A stretch of 63,849 bases of DNA, counting the filler, from Olpidium bornovanus S191 (Eukaryota; Fungi; Olpidiomycota): the NCBI GenBank assembly GCA_017911155.1. It is 24 parts of 24 records of this genome, joined end to end, with 100 filler letters (N's around TTAATTAATTAA, not from the genome) between each part and the next. Parts side by side here need not be neighbours in the genome. Positions count along the whole stretch, not along the records: positions 10,038 to 13,581 come from JAEFCI010005047.1; positions 13,682 to 18,058 come from JAEFCI010000915.1; positions 18,159 to 19,770 come from JAEFCI010000283.1; positions 19,871 to 21,275 come from JAEFCI010003274.1; positions 21,376 to 23,970 come from JAEFCI010012932.1; 19 more parts are not named here. One strand, written 5' to 3'. Every line of letters starts with the position of its first letter. Positions within the stretch are counted from its first letter, which is position 1. Positions 9,938-21,987 of the stretch are shown here, piece by piece. A model generated the notes under the pieces. That model saw only the letters and a list, made by a program, of their open reading frames with translations, had not been told where the DNA came from and did not search any database. A program made the position numbers and the translations under genes.

Positions 9938-10037
9938 NNNNNNNNNNNNNNNNNNNNNNNNNNNNNNNNNNNNNNNNNNNNTTAATTAATTAANNNNNNN
10001 NNNNNNNNNNNNNNNNNNNNNNNNNNNNNNNNNNNNN
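9938..10037. other. Artificial contig spacer N44-TTAATTAATTAA-N44 (23 copies)
   Basis: Identical 100-bp spacers start at 9938, 13582, 18059, 19771, 21276, 23971, 25082, 26304, 29625, 33015, 34611, 36337, 38845, 41498, 42906, 45840, 50355, 51608, 56242, 58674, 60236, 61454 and 62660. The linker has stops in all six frames. Confidence 0.99.
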
Positions 10038-10116
10038 CCCCGAAAAAGCTGTCCGAACATCGGAAATAAATCACGAAGTCGGACAGCCCTGAGCGTGTCC
10101 GCCCTTTTCAACTCAC

Positions 10117-11310
10117 CTCAACAACTCTTCGTCCCATTTCAGGGTTTTTAGATTCATGAGCATCGTACGGCTTTCGTTGGTGACGTCGGTGACATGGATG
10201 CCGCCGCCCGTGCTGCCGCCAGTCATGTTCTAATGCGTACGGCCACGTTTCTTTTAATCAAATAGTCTCCAACGCGCACCCGCTTAGAGACGGAACGAAG
10301 CCTACGTAGATCAGCCAACTGTCTACTGTGCCAAACCGCAGATTCCCCATCTTAGCGGCTTCCGCGACCTTCGGGACGTTGTCCAAAAGCCACCTGAGTT
10401 TTACGCCGCTGAAGTATGTCGTAATCGGCAGACCGCACCGGTGCTGCGCGGAAAAGCAAATAGATCTGAGGTTTATGTCGAACGCGTCCAAAGATAAAAG
10501 AAAGTTCTCGGGGGCAAAAATCAAAACAAGGTAAATCTCTTTACCATCCAGTGGCTACTGCTCTTCGACGGCGTCCTGTTGGAAAGCACACGGACGAGGT
10601 GGGCTGTACGCGTATCGCACCACACTGCGAGATGGGAACGCGACATTAGGGGTATTTTTATACACTGGACCAAAATCACTAACGGTTCAAACGCGCACCA
10701 ATGGCATTATGCAAAGGGCGTCCGGTCACGGCGTCCCATACAAGAGTCGTTTCGCCTGGATTCGGCGTCACAAACGGTCAGGACGTGCCGTTGCTATCAA
10801 GAACGGCCGTCAAGTGAAGGCAATGGTGGCCTACGCTGGTTGGTGATGCCAACGCCTGGCGGCGATACACACGTTAAGCAAAGACACCAACAAGAAAGCA
10901 ATGAACGCAAGGAGAAGCAGGTAAACGGGAGATATTCACCTTTGATTTCCGCGGGGTTGATCCCTCTTGCTTTCAGTTTTTCGATCGTCTTGTCGATACA
11001 GCAGTACACGGAGCGCAGAATGACGTCCGGATCGTGTTCAACCCACCTGCAGGTCGCAAGAGCGGGGCGAACGCGCCCCTTTGTGAACATGACAACGGCG
11101 CAGGCTTTGAAGAATTCCCACGGGGCTTCTGCGAAAATGCCGAGCGCGCGTTTGCGTGGCTAGGCCGGCAACTTCCTCTACACACCCTGCCCTCGGGTAG
11201 AGCTGGTCAAACTCCTCCTGGTGGTGCGCGACGCAGACCCCGTTGCGGTCGTACACGACGAACTTCGAAGACGAGGTCCCCTGGTCTATGGAAGCGACGT
11301 ACGGCGGCAT
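10117..11310 (-). CDS. GUT1: Glycerol kinase (5' part, multi-exon, truncated by contig end)
   Basis: [76 protein letters not shown]. Confidence 0.94.
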
Positions 11311-12218
11311 CGCGCCTCCGATCGCGGCGGGCGCGTGGAAGCGGCGCGGCCCGCCGCCGCGGGACAAGCGGCCGGTGCGGCCGGTGGCGGTGGCGGCGGC
11401 GGCGGCGGCGCGAAACGGGCGGAGAAAAAGAAACGGTGGCCGGGCGAGATCGGCTCTCGCCGCCCGCGGTCTCGCGGCAGCGGGGACGGACGCGGCCTCA
11501 AAAGCCGCGCGGGTTCCGCCGGCCCGAGGCCGGCTGGGGGCGCGGCGGAAAGAAGCGGATCCGCGAGGCGTCGCTGGCGGGACGAGGGGAGGCGCGCGCG
11601 GCGGCAGAACGCGGTGTGCAGCACAGTCGCGGCGGGCGGCGAGCATCCGCTTCCGATGCGAACGGGCGTACGGCAGCAAGCCGTTCCCAGCAAGGAGTCA
11701 ACCCGCGATCGTCGGTTACGGCGCGTAGACTCTGTTTCACGGCGGACGGGGGGGGACGCCACGATCGACACCAAGGGTGGGGGGGGGGGGGAAAGGGAGG
11801 AGTCGAATGGAACTTGCACATGGGAGAGAAGTTGTGTCTATTGCCAAATAAAGAAAGCGAGCATGGTAAAAGAAAAACGCATGGCGGACATGAGGCAAAG
11901 CATCAGAATCGTGTTCTAAACTGTTGATCACGGCATTGGAGATAATCGCGCATGTATAGGAAAAGCAGAAGAGCATGGTAAAGTACAGCGCGTGGCGGAC
12001 ATTCGGGAAAGCATCAAAGTCATGTGCTTCACCAATTTGGGGGCATTTGCTGCATTAGTTGTGGATGAACAGGTGCTGCAGAATTTCGCAGTTACCCATG
12101 GGTTCTGCAGGTGCTGTCATAAGGCAGCCGAGCAAAAGATTTTGGCAGGGACTGACTCGGCCTCGATGACAAGCGGTGTTGGCGATGGCGGTCGGAGCGG
12201 TTGTAGCAGATTGCGGTT

Positions 12219-12305
12219 ACGGCAGGCAAGCATGACGGCAGGCAAGCATGACGGCAGGCAAGCATGACGGCAGGCAAGCATGACGGCAGGCAAGCATGAC
12301 GGCAG
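12219..12305. repeat. 16-bp perfect tandem repeat, 5.4 copies
   Basis: (ACGGCAGGCAAGCATG)n. Confidence 0.95.
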
Positions 12306-12894
12306 TCAGGTGTGACGGCGGCCATTATTAGTGACGGTGGTGGCCCCAATAGCAATGACGGCAGGAGGGCGTGACGGCCGCCATACGCGGCGACGCCAGG
12401 CAAGAATGATGGCAGCCGAACATCAGTGATGGCAGGCCAGCGTGAGGTCAACAGAACGCGGTAACGGCAGGCGCCGCCACATCAACATCGACGTTTACTA
12501 CACCACGCCGCTCCCGACGGGATTGACGAATTGCTCCACCGCACCTCACCCCTTACCTTTGCCCGCCCCCTCGCCCTATCGACTGCATCACCCCATCGGC
12601 AACCGACCAGTTCCAATTTCTGCTAAAAGAGGCTCCACCGAGGTCTTGACTTTCCACCTCAGCGACCATTCAAATGTTGTGCAATTCAATTTCTTATAAA
12701 AGAAACCCCGCAGTGGTCTTAAGGTTCTACCTCAACGGCCATCCAACTGTTGTACAATCTAGATGGACACAACAAATGTCGGTCTGCATGGTGGTACAAC
12801 ATTTGAAATGCCCGACGTGACCTTATGGCTCGCACTCTATCGCCGCAAGAACTAATAGTAGGGACGGAACACCGGGGTCTCAGCAGGATTCCGC

Positions 12895-13516
12895 TTAGGC
12901 ACAAGCCTCCTTCATGTACGCAATAATGTTTTCGCGGTCCTTGGCTTTCTTGAGCCCAGCAAAGACCATCTTGGTTCCCGGGATGTACTTTTTGGGGTTC
13001 CTGGTAGAAAAAGATACGGCGCAGAAGCGTGTCAGACGGTATGTCCAGCGAAGAAAACGCCTTTAAGATCAGTTTAAAACGAATTCACTTACTCCAGGTA
13101 TTCGAACATGGTCTCCTCCGTCCAGACGATGCCCTTGGAGACGTTCCCCGCCGAATAGGTGAAACCCTCAGCCTGTCCGGTTTTGCGACCTGGCGGGCGA
13201 GGCATAAACGGAAGCGAGAACACGGGACAGGGGGGTGAACAGACGATACTATGAGACGCGGCTACCGCGCAGCGAGCAACAACGAGGCGGGGGATCTTAC
13301 CAAAGATGCCGTTGAGATTGGGCCCGACCTTGTGGGAACCGTTCTGCATAGCAAAATAAAAAGGGCCGCGGGGTTTCCGACAAAACGCCCGCACGTTTAG
13401 CGGGGACGACCATTTCCTTTCTCCGCCGACGGACGCGGAGCGCACAGGCGTACCTTTTCGGTGGTGTGGCACTGAGCGCACCGCGTTTTAAAAAGCTTGG
13501 CACCTTCGGCAGCGGC
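12895..13516 (-). CDS. CYC1: Cytochrome c (first exon lost at contig end)
   Basis: [17 protein letters not shown] (CxxCH), [53 protein letters not shown]. Confidence 0.97.
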
Positions 13517-13536
13517 TAGTGGGGCGTGGGGGGCGT

Positions 13537-13573
<37 letters not shown>

Positions 13574-13681
13574 GGGGGAGGNNNNNNNNNNNNNNNNNNN
13601 NNNNNNNNNNNNNNNNNNNNNNNNNTTAATTAATTAANNNNNNNNNNNNNNNNNNNNNNNNNNNNNNNNNNNNNNNNNNNN

Positions 13682-15475
13682 CAGTCACCGACGACTCTGA
13701 TTTCACCGAACGCACAAACTTGTAGCATTCTTTGACACTGATTATCAGAGCAGTCTGTGTGTCGTACACACGCTGATCAGCTTTCCAGACAATCAAGTCA
13801 TGCCACCTTACACGTGCTCCGTAGAGCATTGTTTTGCTCGCCTTTCGGGAGAGAGTTGATCTCTCTCTTCTTTCGAAGAGTTGATTTACGATGTTAGCGA
13901 ACAGGCCGCTGACACTCCTGTTCCACACCAGGCCCTTCCCCACAACATCCACTTCGGCACCGTTCTCCAGGAGCAGATCGATGTCAACGGAGTTGAGAAC
14001 ACATCTGATCTCTCCGGTGTATTCCCAGTCCAGGGGTTCGCCTGGAACCCGACGCGGCACAATCTTCAACGCTGGTTGATTCCTCACAACCACCTCGTAC
14101 ACCCCGATCTTGCCAGGGACGTAGAAGTCGACTTCAGTGGCGTTCCCGATCGGGAAATCGCAGCACGTCTTCATCATTGGGTACTGTGATCGCATATCAA
14201 TACGCACCACTCGGGTGTGAGGCACTTCAGACCCTTACGGATTATCTGGGTCCTCCCGCGGATGACCGCAGACCGAGCCATCTTGTCCTTATCACCGCTG
14301 AGGATCGTGCAAGAGCTCCTTGTCGAACTCCCTCAGGAACTTGCTGTACATCATCGACGAGCGGGCGATTTCCTTTTTTAACTTAACACCGAGGAGTTTT
14401 TCCATCGCCTTCCTGACCTTAAAGAAAAGCTCACCGGTCATTCCGACGTCTCTCTTCACGTACTTGACGATAATTTCTTCTTCATCGTCGAGGTACCGCA
14501 GCAGGTTGCCGCTGAAACACGCGTCTTGAACCTCGTCGTGGTTGATCTCCTCTTTTGCCATGTCACAGCCGAAATCTCTGCTGGCTTTGGCTAGGGAACG
14601 GCCCATGATCAAACGGAGGTCTCGGATTTTGAACCCACGAACCGCCATGTTGATGATCCGGTCGCCAGTGAACACCTCGTTGTCGGGTCTCTGACCGGCG
14701 AACAAGGGTCTCACGCAGCAACAATAGGTTGTCATATGCCCCGTTGTTGAAACCGACGAGATACCTGGTAACATCGGGTTTCTCAAACCGCCCGATGTAT
14801 CGAACCAATCCGACCGGTCCGATGCGGGAGGTGGTAAACACACACTTCCCGTCTTCGGTGAACTTGGAGATTGCCCGTGCATACGGTGTTATTTTCCTCC
14901 TCTTGTCATACACAGTTTCGTAGTCGAAGAAGTAGAACTCCTTCTCGCGAACGGCAGCCGGCTCCCGTTGTGTGCGGTTGTTTGTCCGACGAACAACACG
15001 TGTGGTCGCCTCGCTGCCGGTCTGTACAGGGGGTGTTCTGTTTCGCCTCGTGGACGATCTCGAACATCGTGTTCAGCCATCCCGCGCGGACCTGAGTGTT
15101 CATGATATCTGAGCCAAAATCTGCGTTTGCCAGCTCAACGGTGCTCGCAATGATCTCGTCAATGCTCTGGATGGTTATCTTTTCTCTCTTCAAACTCCTC
15201 CTCACCGGATTCAAAGAGATTGGCATGTTGAAGAAAAGTGTGACGTTGAAAATGGTGTCCATAGACAACAACTCCATGGCTTCACGAACCAATCCGTGTG
15301 TCAAAAACTCGCCGGAAATAGAAGGGCATCGGTTCTGGTAGACACACGCAACGACTCCTCCAGACAAGGGAATCGGAGTCCAGTCATAGAGACTCAACCT
15401 AGGTTTGAACACCCGGGCTTTCCGTTTCCTGAAGAACTTCGTCTTCAGTTCTCTTTTGATTCTCCTCACTAACAC
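13682..15475 (-). mobile_element. Decayed protein-primed family B DNA polymerase (Polinton/Maverick or Polinton-like virus type) with N-terminal extension
   Basis: ExoI FYFFDYET, ExoII LVGFNNGAYDNLLL, ExoIII KYVKRDVGMTGELF, motif A IDMRSQYPMM...FPIG, TPR1-like GVYEVVVRNQP...LDW, damaged motif B SKTMLYG. Several frameshifts, no introns, truncated at the contig edge. Confidence 0.85.
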
Positions 15476-15779
15476 CAGCTGTCTCCACCTAATTGCGTAT
15501 TTGCGACAGATATACTTCCCTGGTTTTGATGTTTTCTTTGATAACCCAGTCGACCCTGGAGGCGAGCAGGGTGAAGGTCCCGAGTGAAACGACGGACTGG
15601 ACGAGGAGGAGGAAGAAGTCGAACATGGTTTGGATCAAAGTGTGCGTGTTTGAGGGTTTGTGTGCTTGTTTCAGTGATCTTTTCTTACTACTACTGCCGT
15701 ATATATCCAAGCCATTCCATTAGTTATTTCAGGCAAACTGGGTGTGAGTTGTCTCGCCCGCTGCGCTTGAGAACCTAAT

Positions 15780-16225
15780 ATGGTGAGAATATGCAAGTGA
15801 AACTGCAAAAAATGTCCGTGTTTGGATGTTTGACTAACAAATATTCTGTGGAAGGCAAACCGGGCGTGAATTGTCTCGCACGGTGCACTTGAGAGCCTAA
15901 TATGAGAATATGCAAGTGAACCCCAAAAATGCCCGTACTTGGATGTTTGAAACACAAATAGCCCGTGAAAGTTGCATAGGGGAGCGCGGTGACACCTTCG
16001 CGCTCAAAATGGCACAGTGGTTACGCCTGAAAGCCCCAATGGTGACCTGGCAGACTTGATGAAAAATAATAGGTGAGAATATGCAAGTGAACCCCAAAAT
16101 ACCCGTACTTGGATGTTTGAAACGCAAATAGCCCGTGAAAGTTGCATAGAGGAGCGCAGTGACACCTTCAATGGCACAGTGGTCACACCTGAAAGCCCCA
16201 ATGGTGACCTGGCAGACTTGATGAA
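15780..16225. repeat. Imperfect direct repeats (three copies, ~120-170 bp period)
   Basis: GAGAATATGCAAGTGAA...TTGGATGTTTGA at ~15784, 15903 and 16074; GAAAGCCCCAATGGTGACCTGGCAGACTTGATGAAA twice. Confidence 0.85.
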
Positions 16226-16355
16226 AGAATGCGAAGAATGACAAAGTGCCTCTTCACCCCCGCTCCCTCGTGTGTTGTGTTTCTCCCTCTCCCCCACGGT
16301 TCCCTTCTGCGGGGAAGAGGGGTGCCGGAAGGGGAGGGCGGGAGACGGTGAAATC

Positions 16356-16386
<31 letters not shown>

Positions 16387-16883
16387 GGGCCGGGCCAAAA
16401 CAGGAATGCCCAGAAGGCCGACACAAGAGAGCCACAGGCCAAAACGGACACGGCCCGAAACTGCCGACCGGCCACCACACGGAGGACGCCGGATCGCTCA
16501 GAAGCAGGCGGCCGAGGCTGCGCAGCACCCCGCTCGGCTCGCTGCAGTGGAACAGGCCCGGGTCACCGCAACCTTCTTCGCGGGGCGCGATCCCGCAGAC
16601 CGGAAAGCGTCCTCCTTCCCCCGGGGGTGGGGGGGGGGGGGGGGGGGGGGGGGGGGGGCGTAGAGCCCGGGAAGCGCGGCGGAACGCCCAACGCCGTCCC
16701 TCCCGCCCTTCCGTCCGGCTCTGTCTGCCGGTGAAACCTTTGGAGCCTTGCGTGCTTGCGACTGTGCGTGCACTGCTTTGAAGCCCGGGATTCCGAATAT
16801 ACCAAGGCAGCGGAAGACAGGGGAAACTCACGCTCGCCGCCGAAAGCACGAGGCGCGCAATTTGTTGTGGACAAGCGAGGTTC

Positions 16884-18058
16884 ATGTTGTCCTTCGACAT
16901 CGCCAACTTCCCGACGGCGGAGACAGTAAAGATGCTCGCGAGGCTGTTGGACCAGATGACGAAGGCCAACGACAGACTGAAAGCATCAGCGCCGTCGGCA
17001 CTGGCGGCGTCCGCTCCCACCGCGCCGCAACCGCCGCCTGAGGCGCCACTACCGCCCCTGATGCAGTCTGCTGATCACGGCCTGTCAACGTCTACGGCAG
17101 ACCCAGCTATCGCGGGAGGGCAGGCGTCGAGCCTTTGGGCTCAGCCGCACTCGGTTTCGAATTCGACCCACCCGCCAGATCAATTGCTGCAGCCTGCGCA
17201 CCAAGTTACAGCGTTCACACGGTTCCACGCCCGGTCGATTCCCACGATCGATATCTACTCTTACCTGGCCCGGATACTGAAGGTCTGCGATTGACACCTC
17301 ACTCGAAGTTTTCACAAGTGGCGGGAAACGGAACCTCACTTCAATTAATGTGGGTCCGATGTCGCGTTTGGTGCATTAGTACTGTCCATGCGCAAACGAG
17401 TGCTTCCTGTCCTTGCTCGTCTACTTTGATCGGATGTCCAGAAATTCGAATGCCGTAGGCCAGTCATCTGCACAGCATGCGGCTGCGGGCGATAGATCGC
17501 CGTGGCAAAAGAAGTCCGCTGCCGTGTTTGCCATCGATTCGTACAACGTACACCGGCTCCTCATATCGGGGATAATGGTGGCATCAAAATACTTCTCGGA
17601 CGTGTTCTTTACCAACACGAGATACGCTAAGGTAGATGTCCCTTATGCGTAGTGAGTGGCGAGACGTTACGGTACGGCGCCGTTTCACTCACACAGTTGG
17701 TATTCTCTTTTTCTATCGCGTAACGCTACCCTGGACTTCGCAATGTGCAAGGTCGGAGGCCTCCCCGTCGCGGAGATTAATGTTCTTGAGGTCGAGTTTT
17801 TAAGGCTCAACAACTTCGGGATATCTGTCGCCGTCGAGGAGCTGCAGCAGTACGGCGACCTGCTGTTCCGGCACTCGTGCACGGACCCGATTGTGCGGCA
17901 GTCGCTGATAGATGCACGGTTAATACCCCCGTCCGCGGCGAGCGAGGACTTTGGGCCACCGAACTCCCTGCCGCTCTACCCGACCAGCGAACGGGAGCAG
18001 CGCGAACGGGGACGGTCTGGCGGAGAAGCCGGCGACACCAGTTCGGCATTGAAGCATG
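16884..18058 (+). CDS. Pho80/Pcl6-7-family cyclin (3' truncated)
   Basis: FHARSIPTIDIYSYLARILK, LLVYFDRM, NVHRLLISGIMVASKYFSDVFFTNTRYAK|VGGLPVAEINVLEVEFL. Confidence 0.92.
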
Positions 18059-18977
18059 NNNNNNNNNNNNNNNNNNNNNNNNNNNNNNNNNNNNNNNNNN
18101 NNTTAATTAATTAANNNNNNNNNNNNNNNNNNNNNNNNNNNNNNNNNNNNNNNNNNNNCCTTCGGGTTGTTGGTGAACGGTGCTGCATCCTGTTCCAAAC
18201 AAGGGAAGTTTTGGGTTGTATCGCGACCGACCTTTGCGGAAGGGACAAGGCGGGGTATGGAGAGGGGTGCAACAATCCTCCTGTACTGCGGCAAGGTTAA
18301 GCGTCTATTCCTCTCCACGTCAGGTCTGTGACGGTGCTACAGGTAAGGTGACGAGGGCTGACAGTGCAGTTAAAAGGGAAGAGTTGTCTTTGTTAAGCTA
18401 GGTTCGAAGTCGAGCTACGGAGAGGAAGGGACGCTATTTATGCCCGTCGACGTCGAGCGGAAGGCAGGTCGACGGCACAGCCGTCCTTCGACGTCGCGTC
18501 TGTCGACGCGGTGCGTCCGGTCCCTTCCCGCGCGGTCGCGGTTACCACGCGGGCTCCGAGCTCTCGTACGGTTGCGTGCGGTGGGGCGCGGGGGCAGTCC
18601 GGCGGGGGATGATGGTTGGAGAGAGCTCCCGCGTGTGGCGCTGGGGGGGAAGGGGAAATCTCTTCGATTGGCGGGGAGGGAAGGGGGCGAGCTCTTCGAT
18701 TGGCAGGTTTCGAGGGGGATTATTCTATTGGTCGGCCCCCGGGTTTGGGGGCCGTCCTGCCCTCGGTCCTGCCCTCGATCCCGCCTCCGCCTCCGACCTT
18801 CGACCGCCTCTCGCCCTTTGCCCTTCGCCCGCCGTCCTTCGCCCGCCGCCCGCCTTCCGTGGCGTCGGTCGACGGGCGGTTCGAGGGCCGTGCCACAGCA
18901 CACCTCCCCCCTTGCAAAACGAGTGCATGGTCGACACAAGAGTTGGCCAGGTGGACAATTCGAGAATATCAACCAAA

Positions 18978-19277
18978 ATGAGGGTTTGTTCAAAGTGTGG
19001 ACTGGAGAAACCCGACGATAATTTCTATCACCATCGCGGAGCCTGCAGGAAATGCAGGTCACAATACGAATATGAGCGCAGGTACGGGAAAGCCGTTTTC
19101 CTGGCTACAAGCGCCGCACCCGCGCTAGAAAAAAGCCCTAAGTACACCGACGCCCGGATCACCAGCCGGATCGGTGCTGGCGTCCTCCAGGTCGCTCACA
19201 GAGTCGACCGTGCACGAGCGAGAACCGGGCGAGCAGGCGCGAACCATGATAAACAACGAATACCGCACCATGTTTGA
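18978..19277 (+). CDS. Small CxxC...CxxC zinc-ribbon ORF resembling the N-terminus of phage/giant-virus HNH or EndoVII-type nucleases
   Basis: MRVCSKCGLEKPDDNFYHHRGACRKCRSQYEYERRYG. No HNH motif follows. Confidence 0.4.
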   Translation: MRVCSKCGLEKPDDNFYHHRGACRKCRSQYEYERRYGKAVFLATSAAPALEKSPKYTDARITSRIGAGVLQVAHRVDRARARTGRAGANHDKQRIPHHV

Positions 19278-20393
19278 AAGCGTTCACCTGACTCTGGTGC
19301 ACCATCTTCTGAGCACGGTTGGTCTTAAAAGGCGCGCGGACGAGCGCGGGAAGGTGTTCCGGAAGGCTGAAACGGCACCAGGGACGCCCGGGTCCGGGTG
19401 CCCGGCGCGCGGGCGCCCCGAAAGCTGGACCGGGCGCAACCCGCCTCGCTCCGCGCGCTCGAAAACATAATACAGCCCGGTTGTGCAAGTAGATCGCAAA
19501 ACCACCCGGATTCGAGTGTTCGAAAACAAATAAGCCGGTGGGAAACCCGCCCCATGATGGCCGAGCAAAAGTGCTCCCCAAAAATGCACCACACGCTCAA
19601 TGGTCGTAGGAGACGCCTGAGGTTGGACCTGGCCAAAGGGGTACGAAAACATGCAAAACGACCCTGAAAAAGCACCATTTTGATGGCAAAAATGAGTCCC
19701 GAGGTCAAAAAACGGGGGCAAGTGGACAAAATCGGATATGAAAAGTTGCGTATCGTAGACGGGGGGCCAANNNNNNNNNNNNNNNNNNNNNNNNNNNNNN
19801 NNNNNNNNNNNNNNTTAATTAATTAANNNNNNNNNNNNNNNNNNNNNNNNNNNNNNNNNNNNNNNNNNNNCATGTATGACAGACTGTGATTGCTTATAAC
19901 CGCAGGAACCGGATCAGAATTCTGCACCCGCAATGTGGGTGGGTTTCTCCGTCATCCCGCGTTTACCAGGGATCCCTGTAGGCACAGTGATCGGGGCGCA
20001 GACCTCAAACTCGAAAAGGCACGGATCCGGTGGCGAAACAAAGGAACGATGACATTTGCAAGTGGCAACCACGAAGCGGGGCCGACGACTCCGGACACAG
20101 ACTCGGGTTAGCGGAGGCGTTGGGCGGGGAGAGGGGAGAAAAAGCGAGGGGGCGAGGCAGCGACGTAACTGGCAAGCGAGCCTTCACGGCCCGTTTGCAG
20201 CAAAGTGAGGAAGCCCGGCGCCGAGCAACGCGACTTCGCCCGTTTGTTCGGCGCCGCGGAGCGCGGGTCTGGCCGTGGCCGGGGTCCTGGTCGGTGTGGT
20301 CAGGTCGGGTGGTCGGTGGAGGGTGCGCGAAGTTGTTCGCCCTGGCCGCCAGCCCGTCTCCGCTCCCGGTTTCGAGCTCAAACGCGCGCGCGG

Positions 20394-20437
<44 letters not shown>

Positions 20438-21411
20438 TAAAAAGCCCCACAGAACATATTTTCCTTTGAGCGTGCCCCTTTTCCGCGCGCCTCGTGGGAT
20501 GCCAAGACCGCCGGTCGGCCGCGATGGTCAGCGCCACGATGCCCGGCGGCGGCCGCCGGCGTCGCCGGCTTGCTTCCTGCCGTGGCAAGCGTCGCAGCGG
20601 AGAGCTTCGGCCCCTGCGAGGGAGTGCAGAAGGGAGCCGGTGAGGTAAAAGGCGAAGCCGGGGGTGAGGAGGGCCAGGTTTGATACTGGAAGGGCGGAGC
20701 GAAGGACTAGCTTCTGTGTCCAGCCAGGTGCACCCGCTTGTTTACATGTCAAGTTAACTTTTGTTCGTTTGGCAGGCGGAACCCGGCAGTCGCGCACGCG
20801 CGACTGGTGGCGCGGCGACTTTTTCCGACGTTCGCTCTTCTGTATGGTGCGAAAACCGCCCTGTCACTGGTATCAGGGCCGGGGAAAGGCGGGTCTTTGC
20901 GTAGGTGAGCCTCCGAGGTTCTCGCCCAGAGGTCGTTATTTTTGGCCGCCCCGGTGTCCGCTTCTTCGTGACCTTTTGCCTGACTTGCAGGACGCTGTTG
21001 AGCAAGGACACGCTGCGCTTTGCAACCGCCCATTCCACTTTTGCGGCGTTGTATCGCGCTGTCGACCCCCCGCTAGAGAGATACCTTGTCGTTCGCGATT
21101 GGCGAAGTCCGCCGCCGCGTTTGTCGCCGCGGCTGTGTCAGCTCCGGCGATCTCGCTGGACAAAAATGCAGAAAGGCGGCAGGACATTGCTATCTATATG
21201 GCGGCCCGCATGGCGTACTTCTGTCTTCGACTCGTCCTGATAAAGTGGAGATGCCGAACACGGCACTTGACAAAANNNNNNNNNNNNNNNNNNNNNNNNN
21301 NNNNNNNNNNNNNNNNNNNTTAATTAATTAANNNNNNNNNNNNNNNNNNNNNNNNNNNNNNNNNNNNNNNNNNNNGAAAAAAGAGGGGGGGGGGGGGGGG
21401 GGGTGGCGGGG

Positions 21412-21467
<56 letters not shown>

Positions 21468-21502
21468 AGGGGGTGTTTGGGTACGACGGACGCCCGACAT
21501 AC

Positions 21503-21987
21503 TTCTCGACGCGCGGCCTTCCTCTTTGCCTTGCCTTCCTTCTTCCCTGTCTTGGACGCGGTTTTGGCCGGAGTCTTGCCCGCGGGCGGCTTCTTCTCTG
21601 CTTTTCCCAACGCGTTGACCGCGGAGGTGAGTTGGGAAAAGGAAGGGGGTTGCGGGGTTTTAGGTAAAGAAATTTCGGACGGTAAAAGGAACCCCCGGAC
21701 GTTTTTCCGATTGCAAGTGAGGGTCGAGGACCCTGGAGTTGCCGGCGGCAGCCGGGGACTGGCAACGAGAGGCGTCCCCCGGGAAGGGACAAAAAGAAAA
21801 ACGGAGAAAGAAGAAGAAGAAGAACGCGCCGCGAGATCGTCCGGGGCGTGACGGGGGGGGGCGGGGGCGGGGGCGGGGAGCGGATTTCGGCCGAGGAGGT
21901 CCGCCCTCAAAGGATCACAGAAGCTCGCAACTGACCCGCGACCGCGGAAGTGGCGGCGGCGGGGGCGGCGGTCGACTTCGGAGGCAT
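21503..21987 (-). CDS. HTB1: Histone H2B N-terminal tail (two exons, remainder lost)
   Basis: MPPKSTAAPAAATSAVA|EKKPPAGKTPAKTASKTGKKEGKAKRKAARRE followed by a GTATGT donor. This is the fungal H2B tail up to where TYS..YIYKVLKQ would follow; the histone fold itself is not seen. Confidence 0.68.

Noticed and set aside
9982-9993. Recurrent TTAATTAATTAA palindrome as a biological motif
   Set aside because: Always centred in an N44 pad; it is an artificial six-frame-stop linker. ORFs ending XXXX-LIN are artefacts of it.
13682-19770. A single viral element joining the pPolB and the zinc-ribbon ORF
   Set aside because: They are on different contigs separated by an artificial spacer, with a host cyclin gene between them.
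19871-21275. Gene calls in contigs 5, 7, 18, 21 and 22
   Set aside because: No recognisable domains or convincing exon chains, only promoter-like or low-complexity sequence and at most micro-exons.
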